The notes beneath the pieces are model-generated. The model made no database searches. It had not been told where the DNA came from and saw nothing but the letters and a program-made list of their open reading frames with translations. A program made the position numbers and the translations under genes. A DNA stretch of 47,423 bases from Albugo candida (Eukaryota): positions 868,001-915,423 of the forward strand of contig JBDOQK010000005.1 of assembly GCA_040437565.1 (NCBI GenBank). The letters are read 5' to 3'. This document shows positions 37,190-47,423 of the stretch, piece after piece (the stretch's first letter is position 1; every line of letters begins with the position of its first letter).

Positions 37190-39695
37190 TTATATTCTTC
37201 CAGCGTAGGTACGGTTTTTCCTGATATCTATATATGGTAGATTAATAGTAGATACTCTAAGGAGTGGGATGTTGGAAAGGTGGCTGTTGCTGTTGAGAAT
37301 CTTCGATGGGATGACGTTCAACTGTTGCGAGATATTTAATTCGGCTCTGTGCATTGACGGGCACGCTTCAGATGAACGTCGGTGTCCCGTTTGATGACAA
37401 GCACAGCACGTCGGCGCCTTCCTCTTCCTGGGAGGCATCCCCTCCACGTATTCAAATTGAGAAGGGTCTCGTCGAGGTTTTTTTGCTCGTTCCGTTTGGT
37501 CTTCCTCTCGTTCGAGCAACCTTCGGCTCCTCAAAGACCTGTGGTGTTTGCTTACTCGAACAGCGTTAGTACCAATTGAAATATCAAAAGGAGAATGACC
37601 AATCGCCCAGAAATACTTGTGATATCTCTTCCAGATCGTCCAAGACTGCCTCTTTCTGGTGTCGAGGTAGGTTGCTGAAATTGTCACGTGATATCTCAAA
37701 GAGGAGTGGCAAAGCATCATCTGGGTGGCCTGCAACAAGAAGTCGTACCGAAGGGAGTTGATGAAAGGTGCCAATGAACATAGAAATCGCTCAATTCAAG
37801 CCTCCTCCCGCTTGCGATGATCTGCCGCAATTGGTGCTCGCAAGGTATCCTTCAGATGATAGCAAAAGTAGAAGAGCATGGCTTCGCGCCGATTGCCATT
37901 GGACGAGCTTTTTCCACCTTTTCCACCTGTCATTGCGAAACCTTAGTGGTTGGAAAAAAGACGTAGAAAGAAAGGAATATTATAAACTAACCTGTTTAAA
38001 TACTTTCCAAAGGCCGTAATATGAGATCTTCTGGTTGATATGTTGAAAAATGTCACCACGTGGGGTCGGCTGCGCGAAAGGTATGATTTTCATTTGCTGC
38101 TTCGCCAGTTGTCCGGTGAATTCGATCTGAAAGATTTTCGTGGACTGAACTATATGCTCGCAACACCCTAAAGATATTCCATGCTGCTTGCGAAGTACTC
38201 TTTCATGACATTGCGGACACCTCTCCACGTGAAGTGAATGTGGGAATGAAGTGCCGAAGCAAATTCGTCCATGATGGAGAGAATTTCTCCTTGTCGGGAT
38301 CGATCCACGACTCAGCTATATACTCCACAGATTCCGGTAGCGTTCTGTCCACATTTGTTTCTTCATCGATTATTGCATGAGTTGGGAAATCCCAATTTTC
38401 ATTGAACTCCGCGATCGTGTTTGAGTAAACCACTTGCACAACAAGGAATAACTTGGAGAAGATGAATGAAAATTACTGATCACAAACAACAAATGGCAAG
38501 TTACCGATTTCCAATCATTCGAAAATTCTTTCCACTCATCATCCTTTCCGGTAAAATGGGGCTTGCATTTGGCGAGGACGTTCTTCTCAATGTACCAAAT
38601 GCAAAGCAGGATAGTTGCCAAAGGAAAAATTATCCGTAAAACGTTTATGAGAGCAAGCTCTCGGTCAATAAGGTCAATTTGGGTTGATGGTCGGCGTGGA
38701 AAAGTCGTCGTAAAAAGTTGATGGCGGTAACATACAAGTCAGCATCCTCGTTCTTCATGAAAACGAAGGCCGCCGAGAATGTGGAATATAGCAAGTTATT
38801 TCCAAAAACGTGGAGAAAAGTGTTGAAACGGACACTGTAGTTGAAGCACCGAGTGTGCCGTGCACACGACACGCGAAACGACGACTATGAGGTATGACAC
38901 ATAATTCGAGAGGTAGTGATTAGCGGCCGGTAGGAGACTGCTAATCTTGATAATATACCTCCCCTTTCGACCGAAAACTAACAAAAAGGAAATTTCGTCT
39001 TGCTTGTTTTATAGGTGCAATCTAGCAAGAAGACGTCGCAGTTCTCCCTTAAGAGTTTCTCATTCTTTGAATGAGCGAAGAAGAAATGAAGAAATGTGTC
39101 ATGCGCCCATCGGAATCTTTCTCGATATTTATTTCGAACCCAAAGTCCGTGAAAGTTTCGAACAGCATCTCCATTGGAGTTTGTCCATCGAGTTTCCTGA
39201 TTACATTCTTTTGCTTCAAATTCCAGAGCTTTCGCTTAGTGAGTTTCAATTGCTGGCCTTGCTCTCGCATGATGGTTTGAACCTGCCAATATTTCAAACA
39301 AGACTGAAAGAGTCCAGCAATTTCTTCTCTTTGAGACTACGAGATGCAATTGTGAACAGAATGAGCGGTCCTGGCGGTGGAATGTTCGTGGATTTGCTCG
39401 TTGCATGTAATTTTAAAGGACCAGGTGCCGTTCATAGTTGGGAGGAGATTGTTAATGTGAACGTTCATTCCTCGGTGAACTCACTCGTCTTCCGAACCCT
39501 TGTTTCTTGGACAAGTTCATGACGGTTTCGATCTAAGCCTCCACGATCGCATTTGTAGTGAACATCTTGTCGCCCATGTCGTTGCTTGTATGAGGACTTG
39601 GTGACGATTACATAGCCATTTATAGTGGCTACCACATTCATATGTTCTTCCATGGTCTTCCACACGGTGAATTGTTCATTCTGCTTCTGCTTCAT
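37190..39695 (-). pseudogene. MULE transposase pseudogene (FAR1-like N-terminus, MULE DDE core, C-terminal zinc knuckle)
   Basis: In order: NGYVIV..HYKCDRGG, LLDCTYKT, STFSAAFVFMKNE, LLCIWYIEKNVLAKCK, WTN..RHF..TSRGE, RDPSQFEYVE, C..CHQTGH..C. Multiple frameshifts and stops. Confidence 0.88.
38821..38983. mobile_element. 163-bp solo-LTR-like insertion with 5-bp TSD inside the MULE transposase
   Basis: Starts TGTTG and ends TAACA. AAAAG flanks both sides (38816-38820 and 38984-38988). Removing the insert plus one TSD restores the in-frame DCTYKTSKTKFPFLHVFGNNLLYSTFSAAF. Confidence 0.85.
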
Positions 39696-40329
39696 GTCCT
39701 TGCCTACTGAGAGTGCTGAGGATATCTAGCCCGATTCGTGAATGAGCTCATGTATAAAAGTAGACAAGTGACCTGATTGGCTGACTTACTTTGCAACAAT
39801 CAAATTTTGTGAGCTGTGATTGGTTAGATCAATTGTCTGTGGCCGTAATAGTTTTTTCTGTGGCCGCACAATTAATGTCTGTGGCCATAGCGGCTCCTTT
39901 TTTTTTAAGAATATCGTCATCATAATTGAGCAGTAAACATAGTATCTCGTAAATTAATCCCTATTTACTCCTTTTTCACAAACATACCCCCTAGTTTCGT
40001 TAAGTCAATCAAGTAAATCAAGGGGTCTACTGTCAAAATGTTTTGACACTGCTTCTGCTGCTCCCACCAATTCATTCGCACGTTCTGTCCTTCATTTACT
40101 ACGTTCAAACCTTCGTTTCTACTGATATAGTCTCTCCCGTTACACGTCCAGTCTCCCATCCACTCCGTCCACCACTCCTGGTGACCCGCTCTCAGCTACT
40201 TGCACCTTCACTACCCAATTCATTACTCAATCCACTCCCCATCCGACTCCCCCGTCTACCACTCTCGCTCCTGACGCATCCAGTTCCGATAATTTGCTTG
40301 CAAATACTGCACCTATAGATTTGGTGAAA

Positions 40330-42200
40330 AACGCATCCTATTGATGAGGCAGTAAAATGACATGCACTATCAAATGGGTTCGTTATAACCATAGACCCTT
40401 TACCCTAAAAGCCACTGCTGTTTATTACGGATGCGACTTAAGTGGTGTTTACAGAAATAATTAGAGATTAACAGAAGATACCCGTCAGAGGATAATTTCC
40501 AGCCGTCAAGATAGGATCCCCTTTCGCTGAGCTTATCGGATAAAACAAGGAGTTCAGTTCCTTTAAGACAATCGCTCGGAGCAGAGCCATGAGATGCTGT
40601 TGACCTCAGTAGCCATCCATTTGCCAGAAGATTTTCCTCGCTGCATTTGCAGCAAATAGCTGAACTGTCACTGGGCAACTGCCCACCAAAATTTGCAACT
40701 GTTTTGAGGCAGATGCGGCTGAGGGCCCTCAAGCTGCGGTAATAACAAAGAACACCAGCAACAAAAAAGCTCCTATTCGCAAGCGGTACCTTGCAGGCCG
40801 CATTGTCATAAAGGCATTGATGGATGAGATCATTTCTGGGAAGAAATGGTACCACAGCTATAAATCAGACCAAGAAGATCATAAAAGCCATTTATATGTC
40901 AGTCACATTGCATTAAAATATCTGGTTGATAAATAGCACCCTGTGTTTGTAATTGACTGCACATATAAAACGAAGCAGTATGATATGCCCGCTTCTTCAT
41001 GTTGCTGGGATGACCCCACCGAACCAGTCTTATTCAGCTGCCATGGTCTTTGTACCAGGAGAAAAGGTTAGAGACTAAATTTGGATGATTAACAAATTCG
41101 AGGATAATACGTTGCCATCAGGAAAATTGTCTGCCTGCCTAGTAGCTGACATAAAATTGAAGTGGTTGTGTTTGGTATATCAATAAGAATATCTTGATAA
41201 ATTGAAGAAGGGAATTTCCATCCGCGTTTGCTTGGAATGAATTCATTGCCAATTGGAACACTGCTGTCACTGTTCTACTGTGGGATACTTGTAAAATTCA
41301 ATATGAGGAATCCCATGCATAGTACATCACATATCTACGCCAAACTCGGTTACCTTGGAAAGAACATTTCATGGAGGCATGGAGTCAAAATTATTTTCAT
41401 CTTGGATAGACCACCTCCTCTCGAGCTGAGGGTGCACATTCGCTCCTCAAAAAAATATATCCACAGGTCGACAGGTGACCTTCGACAGGTGGTAAGCCAA
41501 CTTGACATTGCTATCCACCACCAGCTTGATGCTATCTGATCTGGTGACTCAGCAGGCCAGCTTCAAAATCTATAAAGACCGGGATTCTTATGTTCAGCTT
41601 CTTAATTGTGTGGTGTCCAGCTTCGCCATCGAAAAGGTATCATGTTATTTTTTGCAATAGGTCATAAAATGATAAAGTCTCACATCTGTGCCCTTCATTC
41701 ATTTTTTTCAGATTTTCACCCAGTTGGAGGGAGTAAAAGCATTACAGAAAGCTTAGAAATCACTCTCCAAGCTTTTCCTTTGTGTAGAGCCTGTCACATT
41801 TGGCCTTCCTTGACGACATACTCTGCAAGCAAAACTACAAGCCAACGATTCTATGACCAAAGATGACCTGATTCATTTTGGATCTGGGTGAAAGAGACTC
41901 TGCAGAATTCTGTACAAAGAGATATCAGTAGTTGGGAGGACACACACTCCGAGCTTCATGAGGTGCATAATAGTGCTGTTTCCCTTGAACAAGCTCGTGC
42001 TCACTCAGAGGTTAGAGATATTTTGGCTGAGCAGGACATTCATCCACTACATTCCATTGAAACGCGTGGGCGACCTGCACAAAAGCAGTCTATAAAATCA
42101 GATAAGCATGATGCATCAGCCTTTGAATACCATCAAACTGAAAAATGAGAAAACAAATGCCTAGCTTGTGGCAACGGGAGGCATAATAAAAAAATGTGTG
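40330..42200 (+). pseudogene. Second, more decayed MULE transposase remnant
   Basis: HALSNGFVI, YYGCDLSGVYRN (~40423), SHPFARRF, VFVIDCTYKTKQYDMP (~40945), NQSYSAAMVFV, KKYIHRSTGDL and ETRGRP..HDASAFEY. Many stops and frameshifts; no TIRs identified. Confidence 0.8.
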
Positions 42201-42456
42201 AAAAATTGCGAAAGGCATGTAGGCATCAATTTGGAATGATCTTGTTCGATTTATCTGCTTACTTTGTCTGTTCTTATTCCAGAATACAACAAGCAATCCA
42301 GCTAAGGACAAAATTGTTGAAAAGAAGAACAAGGAGCTGGATACAGAGGTGAGTCATTTTGATCAAAGTAGTTTAGTTGTCAAAGCCGGTAACCAAATCA
42401 AGAATAATAATTTCATATTATGTTCATAATTTTCTGCTGTTTTCTTTCATACCAAA

Positions 42457-42960
42457 ATGAACGATGTTGCTGAGAAGGATTGGGACCTACGCGAAACTAT
42501 AGAACTGTTGCTTGACGATAACATGTGGCTAAATGAACAGAAAATGGTGCCATTTTTACGTACTTTCACGCCTAAACCAGCTGCACAAAGCAAGTGGATG
42601 CTAAATCCTGTGGCATTTTTACATCCTACTACGTTTGTGAGTCTGCGCAAGGGAGGGCTATTGTTGAAGATGTTGGCAAACTGTAAAGCCTGCACGATGT
42701 TAACAACAGAGTAGAATGGGGAATAAATGTGTTAAATGTAGATAAAAGGAGTTGCGAATTACGCACACTGCGACCCTTCACAGTAAATAAGTTTTTCTCT
42801 CGCGGCACCTCGCAGTCGATCTGGTTCCTTCTGGCAAAGCTTCACGGTCGTAAGAGTCACTGTCTCTTCAGGGCGGGTAGTTACTGTGAACTCGATGCAC
42901 ATGATCTTCCAACAGGAGATGCATGACCAGCTCATGTGTTTCGAGCCAATTTGCTGCGTA
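42457..42960 (+). pseudogene. Possible Ulp1-like (C48) cysteine-protease remnant downstream of the MULE transposase
   Basis: LLDDNMWLNEQKMVPFL (like WLnDevI..yl), then across frameshifts NNRVEWGINVLNVDKR (like N..HW.l.v.d), HCDPS (like yDSl) and FQQEMHD..C (like PQQ..DC). Confidence 0.4.
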
Positions 42961-43256
42961 AACTGCAGGCTTTACAAAAAGCTTAGTTAGAATCAGCAAA
43001 GAGCGCATATTAATAAAAGGCAATCGTGGCTGGAATTTTTTCTCTGAATTGCCTGCCTACTTGGCTACTTTCACTTTGCTTGAAAAAAGTTCAGCTTTTC
43101 TTATGATGTTACTTTATCAAGGATTTCATTACTACCTTTCTTATCCTATCATGAGACCCTGACCGCTTCTCAATTTGCCGGCTACTACGTAACCCGCCAA
43201 TTTAGTACAAAACAATTCGAAAAACTACCTTTTTCAACTCTTTCCTCTCGAAAACA

Positions 43257-43569
43257 ATGGTCCAAGTCGACATATCGACACAACCAAGGATGCTGGCGTC
43301 CACTTGTAGTGACGTGGCAGCCCTAATGAGTCACCCTGTTTTGGGTGATTGCATGATTGTTGATGAGTCATCACCCCTATGTGATGACGTGGAAAGTATC
43401 CCCACCCCCGGTGTGACGGTACAGGTTCATACCGGTACTACCGGTGTAGGATGTGGTACGGGTGGTACATGCGGTACTGTCGTTGCCTCGTCACAGGGTG
43501 ACTCAAAGGCAACTGCAAGTGTGGACGACACTAAAAGTCCCACTTTGGCTGACTTTATCAAGTCACAGG
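43257..43569 (+). CDS. 5' fragment of an ORF truncated by a gap; unknown product, possibly ORF1/gag of a repeat
   Basis: ATG follows a pyrimidine-rich leader; 104 open codons with a Gly/Thr-rich tract run into the only gap (43570-43669) that lacks a flanking overlap. Confidence 0.3.
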
Positions 43570-43789
43570 NNNNNNNNNNNNNNNNNNNNNNNNNNNNNNN
43601 NNNNNNNNNNNNNNNNNNNNNNNNNNNNNNNNNNNNNNNNNNNNNNNNNNNNNNNNNNNNNNNNNNNNNGCTACTACGATACGAGATTATCAACGAGAAG
43701 ACATATTATCATCTCTCACAGGTATTTCACGAAAGCTTTTTTATATGTATATATGTTATTTAAGATAGCCTAGGCAACTAGAGAAGTCA

Positions 43790-44040
43790 GCTAGTCTAAT
43801 TCTAGTAATATAGACACCTTCAACTGATGTCCTGTCCCATTCAGCCCTAGTGGTTGGCATCTGAATGAAGAAGGATGACAAACAATGATAAGATTTCTTC
43901 CAGAAAATTATACATTGAGATGTATGAGGAGAAAGAAACATAGTGCCCCAAATAGGTTTCGATCAAGTAATCAGCTCGAATGCTTTTTCCATGCGTGCTA
44001 AACACTTCGAACTTATCTGTATTGGACTCAGTCAATGGGA
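43790..44040 (-). pseudogene. Possible PIF/Harbinger transposase fragment
   Basis: YNFLEEIL..FFIQMPTTRAEWDRTS resembles the Harbinger 'v.ev...I.xP.T..EW' segment that precedes GAIDG; GAIDG itself is not present. Confidence 0.25.
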
Positions 44041-44126
44041 ATTTCTAAAATACAACAGTGGAAAAATAGAAGGCTTTGCTTTCAAAGCTATCTCTAATCT
44101 GACCACCTCATTCGATGGTGAATGAA

Positions 44127-46240
44127 GTGTTGTCATTTAACGAGAATGTAAGAGATGTAAAGCACCTCTATGATACTCCCAAGATGACTTCAGCACGGAA
44201 CTTAAAGAAGTCCGCCTTGTACTTTTCGAAAAATAAAACGAGAGACAAAGATTAGCCCTACCTAATATTCTCTATTTGCGAATCAGAGATTCCAAAAATA
44301 CGTTATTGATTGGAAGGATAAAGAGATCCGTAAATTCAATTGACTCTGATAATAAGCGATGATTGTGAATACTGAACCGTTGTCTTTCACCAGACGATAA
44401 AAATATATTTCTGCAAGTGAAGAGCAACAAGTAACGTTCTTTCAATCAATTATTAGAGCACTTGAGCGGAATATAAATGTGGGTCGTAGCTGTTTTGCAA
44501 ATGTTAGACACATTCTTGTGAAATGCTAACTCACCCCTCTACATTTTTGCCATATGGCGTTCCGGTGGACATTTACTATACATAAGGAGATGAAGTGCAA
44601 TATGAGCAATTTGTCACGACTGGTAGATAAATTCAATGAGAACGTTTCGAAATATTTATACGCGCAATAGACTTGAATGGAGGCAGAACAAGCATGTTAT
44701 ATTATTCTTATACATTCTTAAAAGACAAGTATTTTGAGAAGAAGACGTCTGCAGTAGATCGCCAAGTCACATCCTTACAAGGGGAAGAGATAATGAGAGG
44801 ATGCATCGTACCTGATGTACTCAATATGTTCGGCAGAGACCGGCATATCTCGATCTATAAATGTCCTAAACTTACGTGGTTGTTGGAAATGGTACTTGGC
44901 ATGACATTGTACGGGTAAGGGCCAATGTGATGTCTTATGACTGAATCAACGGCGATATAAACTCAAATACGTTAACTACAGTATAACATATCCGGATAGC
45001 TTATCGTTTACGAAATGAATAAAGTATCTGAATGTACAGTACAGCTAATGATCACTTTTCTCTTTTGAGTTCTTAATCTGTAGCACAAGTGCAATGAACC
45101 TAACGCGTTTCGAGCATGTGAACATCCCCGGTTNNNNNNNNNNNNNNNNNNNNNNNNNNNNNNNNNNNNNNNNNNNNNNNNNNNNNNNNNNNNNNNNNNN
45201 NNNNNNNNNNNNNNNNNNNNNNNNNNNNNNNNNGTGTTGTCATTTAACGAGAATGTAAGAGATGTAAAGCACCTCTATGATACTCCCAAGATGACTTCAG
45301 CACGGAACTTAAAGAAGTCCGCCTTGTACTTTTCGAAAAATAAAACGAGAGACAAAGATTAGCCCTACCTAATATTCTCTATTTGCGAATCAGAGATTCC
45401 AAAAATACGTTATTGATTGGAAGGATAAAGAGATCCGTAAATTCAATTGACTCTGATAATAAGCGATGATTGTGAATACTGAACCGTTGTCTTTCACCAG
45501 ACGATAAAAATATATTTCTGCAAGTGAAGAGCAACAAGTAACGTTCTTTCAATCAATTATTAGAGCACTTGAGCGGAATATAAATGTGGGTCGTAGCTGT
45601 TTTGCAAATGTTAGACACATTCTTGTGAAATGCTAACTCACCCCTCTACATTTTTGCCATATGGCGTTCCGGTGGACATTTACTATACATAAGGAGATGA
45701 AGTGCAATATGAGCAATTTGTCACGACTGGTAGATAAATTCAATGAGAACGTTTCGAAATATTTATACGCGCAATAGACTTGAATGGAGGCAGAACAAGC
45801 ATGTTATATTATTCTTATACATTCTTAAAAGACAAGTATTTTGAGAAGAAGACGTCTGCAGTAGATCGCCAAGTCACATCCTTACAAGGGGAAGAGATAA
45901 TGAGAGGATGCATCGTACCTGATGTACTCAATATGTTCGGCAGAGACCGGCATATCTCGATCTATAAATGTCCTAAACTTACGTGGTTGTTGGAAATGGT
46001 ACTTGGCATGACATTGTACGGGTAAGGGCCAATGTGATGTCTTATGACTGAATCAACGGCGATATAAACTCAAATACGTTAACTACAGTATAACATATCC
46101 GGATAGCTTATCGTTTACGAAATGAATAAAGTATCTGAATGTACAGTACAGCTAATGATCACTTTTCTCTTTTGAGTTCTTAATCTGTAGCACAAGTGCA
46201 ATGAACCTAACGCGTTTCGAGCATGTGAACATCCCCGGTT
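44127..46240. repeat. Duplication across a 100-N gap (44127-45133 = 45234-46240); contig-overlap artefact
   Basis: Offset 1107; identical ORFs at 44673/45780; gap at 45134-45233. Confidence 0.9.
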
Positions 46241-47423
46241 CTATGGTTTCAATACACTTGCAATTAGATGAGTAAGACTCGATGCTGTTCGTACTCAGAG
46301 GAGATTCTTCGAAGCCTCAAGAAGAAATAACTCACAAAATTCGGGAAAAAGAAAACAATTAGAAACGATCTGCTAAACGTAGGGCTCGAATTAGAAGACC
46401 AGAAATTTGCAAGATGTGAATTATAAAGGAGTGAGTAGCCGCCTGACGAGTTATAGCACTCTTTTTTTCCGTTTTACACGGAATCAACAATATGGTCATC
46501 AGAACGCTGAGAAAATTGATATGCCTGACAATAGTGTAGCTGGATTGTTTTCTATACCCTTCAATTTTTTGAGATACAGCATATCGTGTTCATGTCAAGC
46601 TACAAGATCTCATGCTTGTGGACACTTTCTATTTCGATTTCAAACTCGTCGAGATTTTCATCTTCAGTATTCGACATATAGAACAGCATCAAAGCATTTG
46701 CACCTCACAAAATCCTGATCACGGAGTAGAGCCAGATCAATTCAGATTAGCGTTCACTACCACTTTAGCGATTCTTGACATCATCAACTGTCTCTTATGT
46801 CAAGATTCGTTCACATTCCAATGCTGTCAGATTTTTTATAAAGAAAGGAGTTGTATTTGACACTGTTTTAGCGAGATTTTTACACGTGGGTTGACCGGAC
46901 GATCTATGGCGCAATGACCGATTTCGTACCGTGGTCCAATGTTCAATATAGAAAGCCCGCGAAATTTTACGTCAAGATAAGGTACTTTCCAAACGATAAT
47001 ACATCACTACGACAGAGGTTGCTGTTACCGATACATTTCATTTGGGGGTCAGTAGATCAAAGAAGTGTAAACCTTTGATCGGCATGCATGAATCGAACTT
47101 CAGACGTTCCCAGAAAGACACCTTTGTCGTTTATTGTCCTGGCAGAAATCCAGATCGCTCCAAGTTCCCCAATACGATGCAATACTAAAAACCAATTCCT
47201 GGCTAGTAGCCTATACGGGTACAAGTCATGCAATACAATTTATGAAACGGGAACAGACGCCATCCCCCACTACAACCTCTCATTAGAAACCACAGAAACA
47301 AGTCTGCTTTTATAAGACCCGCTACATGCCCAGCGTTGTTTCTCAGCCGAGATATAGTGCAAGACAATTATAATGGACAACCCCCCCCCCTATTTATGCG
47401 GCCAAATTTCAAAATTTCAATTT

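Larger units (their letters stand above)
37010..39897 (-). mobile_element. Full-length, inactivated Mutator-like element (MULE) with long TIRs and TSD
   Basis: Imperfect TIRs at 37010-37168 and 39740-39897 (G-G-..GCCGCTATGGCC.CAGAC..GAGCTCATTC). Flanking direct repeat TTTTTAAGAATA at 36998-37009 and 39902-39913. Transposase fragments lie inside. Confidence 0.9.

Noticed and set aside
38947-39522. 191-aa plus-strand ORF
   Set aside because: Antisense to the MULE transposase and starts inside the LTR-like insert.
40043-40318. Pro/Leu-rich ORF
   Set aside because: Product of a C/T-rich low-complexity tract; no conserved motif.
1-47423. CRISPR arrays, rRNA genes or prokaryotic operons
   Set aside because: No regularly spaced repeats or rRNA-like sequence seen, and the genes have spliceosomal introns.

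Overview
Eukaryotic genomic DNA with compact genes and short (~50-75 nt) GT-AG introns. The gene content points to an oomycete, most plausibly Albugo-like (inference, not a database match). Positions 1-32000 are gene-dense: the 5' part of a giant minus-strand multidomain cadherin (signal peptide, PA14-like, PAN, fibrinogen-related, Cys-rich, ILEI-like, about 10 cadherin repeats, PAN, LamG; it runs off the left edge), a secreted temptin-like protein, IQUB, NPRL3, a SAM-methyltransferase-TPR gene, a CCCH-WD40 gene, a multi-pass membrane protein and MED6. Positions 32000-47423 are gene-poor transposon debris. They include a complete but dead Mutator-like element (37010-39897, ~158-bp TIRs, TSD) whose transposase core is split by a 163-bp TG..CA solo-LTR-like insert with a 5-bp TSD, and a second decayed MULE followed by a Ulp1-like protease remnant. 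Five of the six 100-N gaps are flanked by duplicated sequence that looks identical (contig-overlap artefacts), so the two big cadherin ORFs are one gene.
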